A DNA stretch of 64,000 nucleotides, taken from positions 1-64,000 of the IMG/VR virus record IMGVR_UViG_3300046514_000687. One strand, 5' to 3'. Below are positions 56,157 to 64,000 of the stretch, one piece after another. The position numbers and the translations under genes are program-made. Source of the stretch: a virus. The notes under the pieces are model-generated. The model was given only the letters and a program-made list of their open reading frames with translations, was not told the origin of the DNA and made no database searches. Each line of letters opens with the position of its first letter. The first letter of the stretch is position 1.

Positions 56157-57026
56157 GTGGAGGAACAGATGGACACCAAGCAGACCAAGGAGCCGTCGGT
56201 CCGGCAGGCTTGCGCAGAGGCCGCGCGCGGGCTCCTCGCAGCCCACGGGGAGCTGCGAGCGCTGGACGCCTGGAACGGCAGCCGCGTGCCGGCGGAGGCG
56301 AAGCGGTCGCTGAACGCGGTGATCGCAGACTGGGTGGCGCGCAACGAGCCGCCGCTGTCGGTCCACGCCCGCCTGGCGGCGCTGATCAACGCGGAGCACC
56401 CCGTGGTGGGGGAGGTCCGCTACCAGGTCCGCCTGGCGATGGTCCACCACCTGCGCGACGGCTGGGCAGGCACCGGCGCGGGTGCGCCGGTCGAGACGAT
56501 TCCCCCACTCGACGAGCCGACCCCCGACCTGCCGCCCAGCGGCCTCGACGTGGAGACGCTGGTACGGCAGGCGCTTGCCGAGACCGCGCCGGAGGCAGAG
56601 CCGGAAGCTGCACCGGAGCCGCCCGCGCCCGCTACCCCCGACGCCTGGGAGTGCGGCCTCTGCGGCCTGGTCATCGCTGACCAGGCCGCGCTGGTCACTC
56701 ACATCGCTGACTGCGAGGGGCCAATCGCGCCGACGGAGGAGGAACCCCTGCCCCCCGCCGGCCCCGCCCTGGTGTTTAGCTACGGCGGCACCGAGATCCA
56801 CCGCGAGCCGGCGCCGGAGGAGCCGGCCGGCTCAGCCTCGCCGGTGGACGACTCCGGCGGGCGCTACGAGTGCGCCCTGTGCGGCATGGTCACGGAGGGC
56901 CAGGCGGTGCTGGAGGCCCACCTCGCTCAGTGCACCGGCACGGGGAGCAGCGGGCGGTCGAGCCGCCGCGGCAGCGCGGTGCCGAAGCCGGCGAGCAAGA
57001 AGCGCAGTGCCAAGAGTCGCCGCTAG
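56157..57026 (+). CDS. Protein with two C2HC/C2H2-like zinc fingers and a basic tail
   Basis: [WY]EC.LCG......A.L..H.A.C occurs twice. Confidence 0.6.
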   Translation: MEEQMDTKQTKEPSVRQACAEAARGLLAAHGELRALDAWNGSRVPAEAKRSLNAVIADWVARNEPPLSVHARLAALINAEHPVVGEVRYQVRLAMVHHLRDGWAGTGAGAPVETIPPLDEPTPDLPPSGLDVETLVRQALAETAPEAEPEAAPEPPAPATPDAWECGLCGLVIADQAALVTHIADCEGPIAPTEEEPLPPAGPALVFSYGGTEIHREPAPEEPAGSASPVDDSGGRYECALCGMVTEGQAVLEAHLAQCTGTGSSGRSSRRGSAVPKPASKKRSAKSRR

Positions 57027-57090
57027 GCGCAGTCGGCAGCACGGGCGCGCCCCGCCGGCGGGGCGCGCCCGGTCGCACAGGGAGGCACTC

Positions 57091-57480
57091 GTGAGCTACC
57101 TCATCGTCCAGAACGCCGACTCGCGCTTCCGCCGCCACCTGGCGCTGGCCACCGGGCCGGGCCGGGTGTACGGTCAGCCAAACCCTGCCGTCCGCGCGCT
57201 GTGCGGCCAGTGGCCGGGCAAGGGCACTGCCATCGGGACGCCCGGCGCGGAGTGGGCGCGGTCCTGGGACGCTACCCAGCCGCAGCCCGATCCGTTCAAC
57301 CAGTGGATCTGCCCGGACTGCGAGGCCAGCCTGACCGCCGAGCGCGAGGGCTACGACTGGCTGCTGCCGCCCAGCGACCGCCTGGGACACCTGCGGGAGC
57401 GAGTGCAGCGCCTAGCCACCGAGGTCGCAGCCCTGCGCGCGCAATACGTGCCGCCGGAGAGCACGGAGGACGCCGGCTGA
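57091..57480 (+). CDS. Hypothetical Zn-binding protein
   Basis: GGAGG plus GTG; H...ALCG...CPDC. Confidence 0.55.
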   Translation: MSYLIVQNADSRFRRHLALATGPGRVYGQPNPAVRALCGQWPGKGTAIGTPGAEWARSWDATQPQPDPFNQWICPDCEASLTAEREGYDWLLPPSDRLGHLRERVQRLATEVAALRAQYVPPESTEDAG

Positions 57481-58244
57481 TGGAGATGGAGACCGAGATC
57501 CGCATCGAGCAGCAGAACGACGGGCGCTGGCTGGTGATCCTGGTGCGGCCGGTGCTGGAGCAGGCCTACGGACCCTACGACCTGCCGGAGGCCCAGCGCC
57601 AGGCCGACCGGCTGCGCAACCTGTACCGCAGCGAGAACGGCGCCGTCTTAGAGCGGGTGGCTCAGGCCGTCCACGACGGGATGCAGGCCGACGGGCTCAA
57701 GCCGTCGGCCTGCATCGCCGGAGCCGCCGCGATCCGCGACCTGCTGAGCAGCGACGCAGCCGACGAGACGGCGGGCATCTTGCCCGTGGAGCTGGTCGCC
57801 GTGACGGCTGCCGCCTTCAACGCGCCGGGCTGGCGGCTCCTGCTGGCGCACAGCGACCCGCACCGCGACCCGGCGCGCTGGGCCGCCGACGGCGCGTGGA
57901 GCGTCGGGCTGGGGTTCGGCGCGGACCCGGAGCCGGGCCGCTGGCCGGGCCACCTGGTCGCGGTGGTCGACCGCCGCTGGCTGGTGGACCCGACGCTGGG
58001 CCAGGCCAGCCGCCCGGACCGGGGCCTAACCCTCCCGGATATCCTGGTCCTGCCGCTCACCGAGCGGTGGGTGCGGGGGCGCGAGGACACCGTGATCCGC
58101 CTGCCCGGCGACACCACCGTGACCGTCGCGCGGCGGCGCAATGCCCCGTCTTTCCAGCACAGCCCGGACTGGCGGGAGTCCAGGCGCCGCACTCAGCGCG
58201 TGGCTGCGGCGCTGGCCCTGCTCCAGGCTGAGGAGGCGAGGTGA
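57480..58244 (+). CDS. Putative transglutaminase/papain-fold protein
   Basis: SACI.GA...GHLVAVV...LVDPTLGQ, a Cys-His-Asp order. Confidence 0.5.
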   Translation: MEMETEIRIEQQNDGRWLVILVRPVLEQAYGPYDLPEAQRQADRLRNLYRSENGAVLERVAQAVHDGMQADGLKPSACIAGAAAIRDLLSSDAADETAGILPVELVAVTAAAFNAPGWRLLLAHSDPHRDPARWAADGAWSVGLGFGADPEPGRWPGHLVAVVDRRWLVDPTLGQASRPDRGLTLPDILVLPLTERWVRGREDTVIRLPGDTTVTVARRRNAPSFQHSPDWRESRRRTQRVAAALALLQAEEAR

Positions 58245-58983
58245 TGGCTAAACTGCCGGTCAACCTGGCGCGCTGCCAGGAGTGCCTCCAGACCTTCACG
58301 ATCACCCCGCTGCGCTGGCAGCCCAAGCCGCGACACTGTAGCCTGCGTTGCGTCTGGCGCGGCGAGGCGCGGCGGGCACGCGCGGACGCGGGGCTGCCGG
58401 CCTGGTTCCCCGCCGTGCCCGTCAGCCGCACCTGTCCCGACTGCGGGGAGACGAAGAACGTCGACCTCTTCGGCCGCCGCAGCTCAGTCCAGCCCGAGTA
58501 TGTGCAGTCCTACTGCATCAGCTGTCGCAGCCGCTACGACAGCCGGAGGAACTAGCCATGCCCGACGAGTTCTGCCCCAGCGAGACCGCGCACAGCATCG
58601 CGCCCGACGGGACTACCTACCACCCCCACGGACCCGACGATCCTTGCGACCTGCTGCTGCCGGGCGGGTACGCGCTCAGCGTGATCGGGCCGGGCGAGCT
58701 AGTCGACACCTGGTCGCACCGCTGGGGCACCGACTGGGCGCCGATGGCCGAGCGGGATATCGACATGGCCAGCGCCCTGGTCGCCCTGATGCGGCACCCC
58801 GGTGAGGCACACAGCAGCCGGGACGGAGCGCGGGGCACCTACCCCGACTACACTATGGTGCCGGGCTCAGCGCACATCTGGTGCGCCGTTTGCGGCGAGC
58901 TGGTCGGCGCGCACGCCGAGGTCGTCCAGGACGCCATTAGCTGGACGCCGGCCCCCGACGATCCGGGCTGGTGGCAGCGGTGA
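58241..58983 (+). other. Two Cys-rich hypothetical CDSs (58241-58555, 58558-58983)
   Basis: CxxC pairs; RBS and gene overlaps. Confidence 0.55.
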
Positions 58984-59441
58984 GCGCGGTCGCGCGTCCC
59001 CGTACCCCCGAGGGCCGGTACCGGACCGCTGCCGCGCCCGGCATGACCGGCCCGGAGCTGCGCCGATGGCGGCGGTGCTCCGGCCTGACGCAGCGCGAGC
59101 TGGCGTACCGCGTCGGCTACCAGCCGCCCAACGTCACGGCGATGGAGACCGGCGCGCGGCCGGTCATGCCGGCCGTCGAGGCGTACGTGCGCGCCCACCC
59201 GGCGCCGGAGCACACCGGCGACTACACACTCGACCCAGCAGGCCTGGAGCGCGCGCTACGGACCTTCGGCTCGTACGCCGTGTTCGCTCGCTGGTGGGGG
59301 GTGGCGGAACTCACGCTGCGGCGCTGGCGGTTCGGGGAGCAGTCGCTCCCCATGCCGCTCCGCGCGTGGCTGCGCGCGGGCGCTCCGCACCGCTGGGACG
59401 GCTGCACACACTGGCACCGGCGCCGCCGAGACCACTGGTAG
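58980..59441 (+). CDS. XRE-family HTH protein (possibly two HTHs)
   Basis: MTG.ELRRWR...GLTQRELA..VG.....V..METG.RP; second FARWWGV...TLRRW. Confidence 0.8.
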   Translation: MSAVARPRTPEGRYRTAAAPGMTGPELRRWRRCSGLTQRELAYRVGYQPPNVTAMETGARPVMPAVEAYVRAHPAPEHTGDYTLDPAGLERALRTFGSYAVFARWWGVAELTLRRWRFGEQSLPMPLRAWLRAGAPHRWDGCTHWHRRRRDHW

Positions 59442-59454
59442 ACCCCGCGCGGAT

Positions 59455-59496
59455 AGGTTATAATCTAGCGTAGGTACCCCCGCAAGGTACCGCAGC
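59455..59496 (+). promoter_or_regulatory. 42-bp promoter/operator repeat, copy 4
   Basis: AGGTTATAATCTAGCGTAGGTACC-CCCGCAA-GGTACCGCAGC, then AGGAGG and GTG. Confidence 0.88.
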
Positions 59497-59511
59497 AACA
59501 GGAGGCGCCAA

Positions 59512-61928
59512 GTGACCTACGAGACCTGCCCGGTCTGCCAGAACATCGGCGGCGCTGGCAACGCCGACTGCCCCGGCCACGACGACGAGATCCCCGAGGA
59601 CTTCCGCCCCGCCGGCCTGGACCGCGAGACCGCCAGCGCCATCTGGAGCACCAAGCGGTGCGACGGGTGCGGGCGGACCCTCCCCGCCGCTGAGATCGTG
59701 GTCGTAGGCCGCGGGTGGGTCAACTGCGGGGACTGCGCCGCCGCCCCCGCCACGCCCCCGCCGTACTGCCAGGACCCCGAGCGCTGCGGCCAGAACGACC
59801 CCATCAGCGAACAGTATGGGTTCACTCACATCGCCTACTGCCAGAGCTGCGAGGCCGCTCACGCGCTGGAGGAGCGCGGGATGCCGCTGATCGCGGGCGC
59901 CAGCGAGGAGACCCTCAGCCAGCGCATCGACCGGGAGCTGGCCGAGGAGGCCGTCCAGGCCGAGGTCGACTTCGCCCAGGGCCGCTGCTGGGTCTGCCAG
60001 CGCAAGCTCGCCGACTACCCTAGCCTCATCAGCCAGCGAGAGTGCTACTTCTGCAGCCAGGAGCTAGCCTGCTTGGTCGCCGAGGCCGAGGCGGAGTTCG
60101 GCGTCAAGTTCCAGAAGGAGGTCTAGATGGACACCACTGCACCCCGCCTGACCGTCGCCGCCCTGGCCGACCGCCTGCTGGCCCTGCTGCCCGCGCTGGC
60201 CGACGACGAGGGCGCCGTAGTGGAGGCTCACGCCAGCGTCGTGCTGGCCCGCCGCGACCTCGCCAACGCCGAGATGCACGCCTGGGACCAGGACCTCGTG
60301 GAGGGCTCCAACGCCGAGAAGCGCGCCACCAGCCTGCGGAAGCAGACGCTCCAGGAGATCATCGAGGTCGAGCGCGCGGAGGGGCGCCTGCGCCGCGCGC
60401 AGTCCACCCTGCGGGTCCACGAGCAGGAGGCGCGGAGCCTGCGGGCGATCATCCCCGCGCTGGACACGCGCCTTATCGTCACGGAGCGGGAGTGAGCGAT
60501 GGACCAGTGCCACTACCACCCGGCGGTCGCCGGGTGGCGCGTCTGTCCGGGCTGCGCGATCACGCTCTGCGTGATGTGCCCGGCGGAGGTCGCCGGCGGC
60601 CAGCTCGCCTGCCGCCGCTGCGGCTACGTCATCGGGCAGTTCCGCCAAGCGCCGCAGAGAGAGGAGCCCCCGTGGCCGAGAGTCTAACGATCCCGCTGGT
60701 AGGGCCGGCGCGGGCGCCCTGCGCCTGGCCTGTGCTGCCGGCCTGCCCGCACCTGGCGCGGGTCTACGTGGAGGCGCCGCCCGGCAGCGGCGCGTTCGTC
60801 GGGGTCTGCCGCGCCCACCAGCGGCGCTGGGAGCGTCAGTTCGCCGCGCAGATCGCCGCGCACTACAGGCGCCCCGCCGGCGGGGCGCCTGGCGAAGGGG
60901 GGTAAGCGATGCGGTCCAGGGCGAGCAAGTTCTACGACACGCTAGATTACGAGGTCAGCAACGCCCGCGGGATTGCCTACGCGTTGCGCGAGGAGATCGG
61001 CAGCTACTGGCGCCACATGCACCGCTGCCGCAAAGAGGCTGCCCAGGCAGCGGCCGATCCGCCCGCCGACGCCTACACTCGCACCAGCACGCGGATCAGC
61101 GCCGACCGGAGCGAGAGGCAGCTCCGCCTCCTACTCGGCATCCGGCGCGAGGGCCTGGGCCGGTGAGCGAGCCGTGGCGCGGACCCCACCACAGCGACGA
61201 CCGCATCTCCTACGAGGCCACAGTCGCCCGGCAGGGCGCGCGGATCGTGGCTGGACCGCGACACTACTGCCCCGGCTGCGGGCTCGACCTGCCCTGTGCG
61301 AACACGGAGCCGGAGGGCTGCTGGGCCTGCGTCAGCGGGCGGGGGTTCGACATCTGCCCGGCCTGCATGCTCATCGCAGTGGGACAGCGATGAGCGCCCC
61401 GAGACTGCGGTTCAGCCTGGTCCACCGGACGAGGGACGGCGAGCACGTCGTCCAGCAAGCCGACCACTACGCCGCCATCGCCCAGGCCGCGACGGAGTGG
61501 CTTGCGCGCTGGCGCGCGGGGCGCCTGACCGTGGGGCGGAGCCACTGCCGCGCCTGGGGCGTGAACGCCCACGCCTGGCGGCTGGTCGGCCCGCCGCCAG
61601 ACTACGACGCGAGCTGGCTAGTCATCGTCGATGCGAGGAGGCTCCTGCCATGAGCGAGCGCCAGGCTAGTAACACGGGAGGGCCGGTTTCCGCCGCGCTC
61701 CTCGCCTTCGTCCGCGCCTACGCAAACGCCGACCACCTGGACGCCGACCAGAGCGAGGTAGCGCTCTTCCGCGCCTGGCTTGCCGCCGTCGGCGTACTCG
61801 GCGTCCGGGCCGAGGTTCCGCCCCGCGCTCAGACTGTCATGCGCGAGCATCCCGAGCTGTCCGAACTGCGCTTCGGGCCGGGTGGCGCCGACGACCTGCG
61901 GCTGGAGCCGCGCGGGGAGGATGCTTGA
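59512..61928 (+). other. Early gene cluster 4: small CDSs 59512-60126, 60127-60495, 60499-60687, 60672-60905, 60909-61166, 61163-61393, 61390-61653, 61650-61928
   Basis: Chained stop/start overlaps; many CxxC motifs; 60127-60495 is coiled-coil. Confidence 0.65.
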
Positions 61929-63133
61929 GCCGACGATGGCGTCTGTCTGCCGTGCTGCTGCTCGCCGGCCTGGGGCTCGCTCCGCCGGCCGGTGCGGCGC
62001 CGAGTGCGGCCATCACGGTGACCCCGTTCCTGCCGCCCGACTGCGCGGGCTTCAGCGGCGCGGCCCACGTGGGCACCGGCGTGATCACCGCGCCGGTGGG
62101 CCAGGTGATCGTGGCGGTCGCGGTCCACGACGGCAACGCCAGCCCGGTACTCGGGCCGAACCAGTGCATCCAGTTCACGACCGACGGCGCTTTCGTCAGC
62201 CCGCCCGGCCACGACTGCTACACGGTAAGCGGACTGGGGACCGCCGCGGTGACGGTGAGCGACGCGCCGCAGATGGACTGCGGGGGGATCAGCTTCGTGC
62301 AGGTGCTCACGCAGGCTGCGCTTACGCCCACGCAGACACCGACGCCCACGAGCACGCCCAGTTCCACGCCCCCGAGCACGCCCACGGGCACGCCCAGCCC
62401 TACGCCGACGGCCACGAGCACCGGCACCTCGCCCAGCACCGGGACCGCCACGCCATCGCCAACCGGCACGGTCACGGAGACGCCCAGTGCGACGCCCTCA
62501 CAAACGCCATCTCCCACCAGTGGGATTCCGGCTACTGCGACTCCAACGGGCCTACCTACTCTACTGCCGACGGTAGAGCCTACCGGGACGCCGAGTCCGA
62601 ATCCCCCTGGGACTGCGTCGCCCACGGCGACCGCTACCACCATGGCTAGCCTGACGCCGACCAGCACCGCGACCGGAGGGCCGAATGCGACGCCGACGCC
62701 GACGCCACCTCTCAGCGGAGGGGCTACTCCTACTGGCACTGCGACGGGCCTACCTACTCTGGTGCCGCCAGCGGAGCCTACCGCTACAGCATCTCCGCTT
62801 CCGACCCTACCTCTACCGCCGACCGCGACTGTGACACCGACTGTCCCAACAATCATTATTGGGACACCGACTGTCCCAATAACCGTTGCTGCGACACCCA
62901 CGGCGACTGCGCTGGTGATCAGCCTGCCGCCGGTCCCGCTGCCCCCGCCGGGCGGGATCCAGCGGGGCCTGCCGGCGCCGCTCCTAGCCGAGCGCGGCGG
63001 CCCCGCCGGATACCCGTTAGCCGAGGCCGCCGGGGAAACCGAGGTGCCGGTGGTGCCCGAGGTGCCGACGGTGCTGCTGCTCCTGACCGGCGCCCTGCTC
63101 ATCTGGCTCGCGCGCCACTGGAGGCGCCGGTGA
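61925..63133 (+). CDS. Secreted Pro/Thr-rich surface protein with a PEP-CTERM-like C-terminal anchor
   Basis: Signal peptide, small Cys-containing domain, (TP)n stalk, and VPEVPTVLLLLTGALLIWLARHWRRR. Confidence 0.75.
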   Translation: MSRRWRLSAVLLLAGLGLAPPAGAAPSAAITVTPFLPPDCAGFSGAAHVGTGVITAPVGQVIVAVAVHDGNASPVLGPNQCIQFTTDGAFVSPPGHDCYTVSGLGTAAVTVSDAPQMDCGGISFVQVLTQAALTPTQTPTPTSTPSSTPPSTPTGTPSPTPTATSTGTSPSTGTATPSPTGTVTETPSATPSQTPSPTSGIPATATPTGLPTLLPTVEPTGTPSPNPPGTASPTATATTMASLTPTSTATGGPNATPTPTPPLSGGATPTGTATGLPTLVPPAEPTATASPLPTLPLPPTATVTPTVPTIIIGTPTVPITVAATPTATALVISLPPVPLPPPGGIQRGLPAPLLAERGGPAGYPLAEAAGETEVPVVPEVPTVLLLLTGALLIWLARHWRRR

Positions 63134-63345
63134 AGAACCGCCGAGTCCTGGTCCGCATCGTCGAGTCGGTCTACTACGACGTAGAGGTAGAGATTCCCGA
63201 CGGCCGCGCCACGGTCGAATACCTAGATGCCCTGGCGACCGCCGACTGCCTGGGCGATCTCGTCGACCCGACCCAGGCTAACGTCACCACGCGCACCTGG
63301 GAACCCATCGGGGAGCCCCCCTGGCCGGCAGCCCAGCCGCGCTAG
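63130..63345 (+). CDS. Hypothetical protein
   Basis: GGAGG RBS and GTGA overlap. Confidence 0.55.
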   Translation: MKNRRVLVRIVESVYYDVEVEIPDGRATVEYLDALATADCLGDLVDPTQANVTTRTWEPIGEPPWPAAQPR

Positions 63346-63443
63346 AAGGGCCATTCCTGCGCCTGAGCGGCCCGGAGCGGGTACTCCGGGCCGCCGGCGT
63401 GTAAACTCACAGCCAGTAAGCAGAAGGGCGCCTAGGAGCGCGC

Positions 63444-64000
63444 GTGCGCGGGACCAGCCTCGCGGGCACCGTCCGAGCGGCGGCAGTGACGGCCTGGCAC
63501 GTCAGCGACTACGGGCCGGACCTCTGGCGGCTAATCTTTCCCGTGCAGGCGCTCCGCGCCTTCGACGGCTACCCCGTCGAGCTGGTCGACGGGCGCGCGC
63601 CGAACGCCTGGCAGCGCATCAGCAGCCACGCCGTCCTGCTCTCCCGCCCATCCGCCGCCACCACCGCCTGGTTCGACGTGGTGCGCGACGCCCAGCTCGT
63701 GCTGCTCGCCGACTTCGACGACGACGTGTTCACCGACGCCTACTACGCCCAGTGGGCGCGGTTCAGCGAGGGCGACACCGGCGAGCAGGCCTTTCAGGAA
63801 GCGCAGGCCCGCAACCTCCGCAGCCTCCGCAATATGCACGGCGCCACGGTCACCAGCCCGGCGCTGGCCGCGCTCATCGACACTGCCGCGCCGCGGCTGC
63901 CCGTGGCGGTGGTGCCGAACGCGATTCCCTGGGCGTACTGGCGGCGCCGCTGCCGGGCCGGCGGGCAGGCTCCGTCGGGCAGTCCGACTATCGGCTGGCT
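63444..64000 (+). CDS. Glycosyltransferase-like protein (GT-B/GT4-like), partial
   Basis: Read by hand and absent from the ORF track: WRL..P...L, DFDDD, VTSPALA, VVPNAI, TIGW; open to the window end. Confidence 0.7.
   Translation, partial: MRGTSLAGTVRAAAVTAWHVSDYGPDLWRLIFPVQALRAFDGYPVELVDGRAPNAWQRISSHAVLLSRPSAATTAWFDVVRDAQLVLLADFDDDVFTDAYYAQWARFSEGDTGEQAFQEAQARNLRSLRNMHGATVTSPALAALIDTAAPRLPVAVVPNAIPWAYWRRRCRAGGQAPSGSPTIGW

Noticed and set aside
52572-59496. The four 42-bp repeats as a CRISPR array or integron attC sites
   Set aside because: They are 1.4-3.3 kb apart, contain TATAAT and precede RBSs. No cas gene or integron integrase is present.
52532-59498. Repeated peptide 'LRY...VPTLDYNP' in several minus-strand ORFs
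   Set aside because: It is simply the reverse translation of the promoter repeat.
63531-63839. Minus-strand 102-aa ORF
   Set aside because: It is antisense to the partial glycosyltransferase, which the track omitted because it has no stop codon in the window.

Overview
The window is a contiguous ~64 kb stretch of a high-GC, siphovirus-like phage genome. I recognised no host housekeeping genes, integrase, terminase or portal, so those presumably lie outside the window. Gene order on the + strand: (1) a head-associated effector region (1-11.1 kb); (2) an aberrant tRNA-Met(CAT); (3) HK97-type prohead protease and major capsid protein; (4) head-tail joining genes, tail tube, tail chaperone with a probable +1 frameshift, and tape measure; (5) a long, partly duplicated tail-tip/fibre region; (6) a multi-enzyme lysis-like cluster; (7) a short leftward operon with a LAGLIDADG endonuclease and a putative ribbon-helix-helix regulator; (8) four clusters of small early-type genes, each opened by the same 42-bp promoter/operator repeat. 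The most striking feature is a pair of tandem polyproteins (about 2120 and 1010 aa) next to the prohead protease. They are built from a MuF-like domain and ten modules, each opened by a conserved [K/R]-[A/Y/E]...P(R)...G..[F/W] linker. The modules include six paralogous R-S-E ADP-ribosyltransferase (ART) domains with differing catalytic loops, each followed by a second K/R-A-type site and a conserved acidic 'D..x.WL' peptide, plus an HExxH metallopeptidase and a DUF3626-like domain. A zeta-toxin-like kinase lies just upstream. My inference is a capsid-packaged effector array processed by the maturation protease, with built-in inhibitor peptides. All family assignments come from motif recognition by eye; no database search was run.
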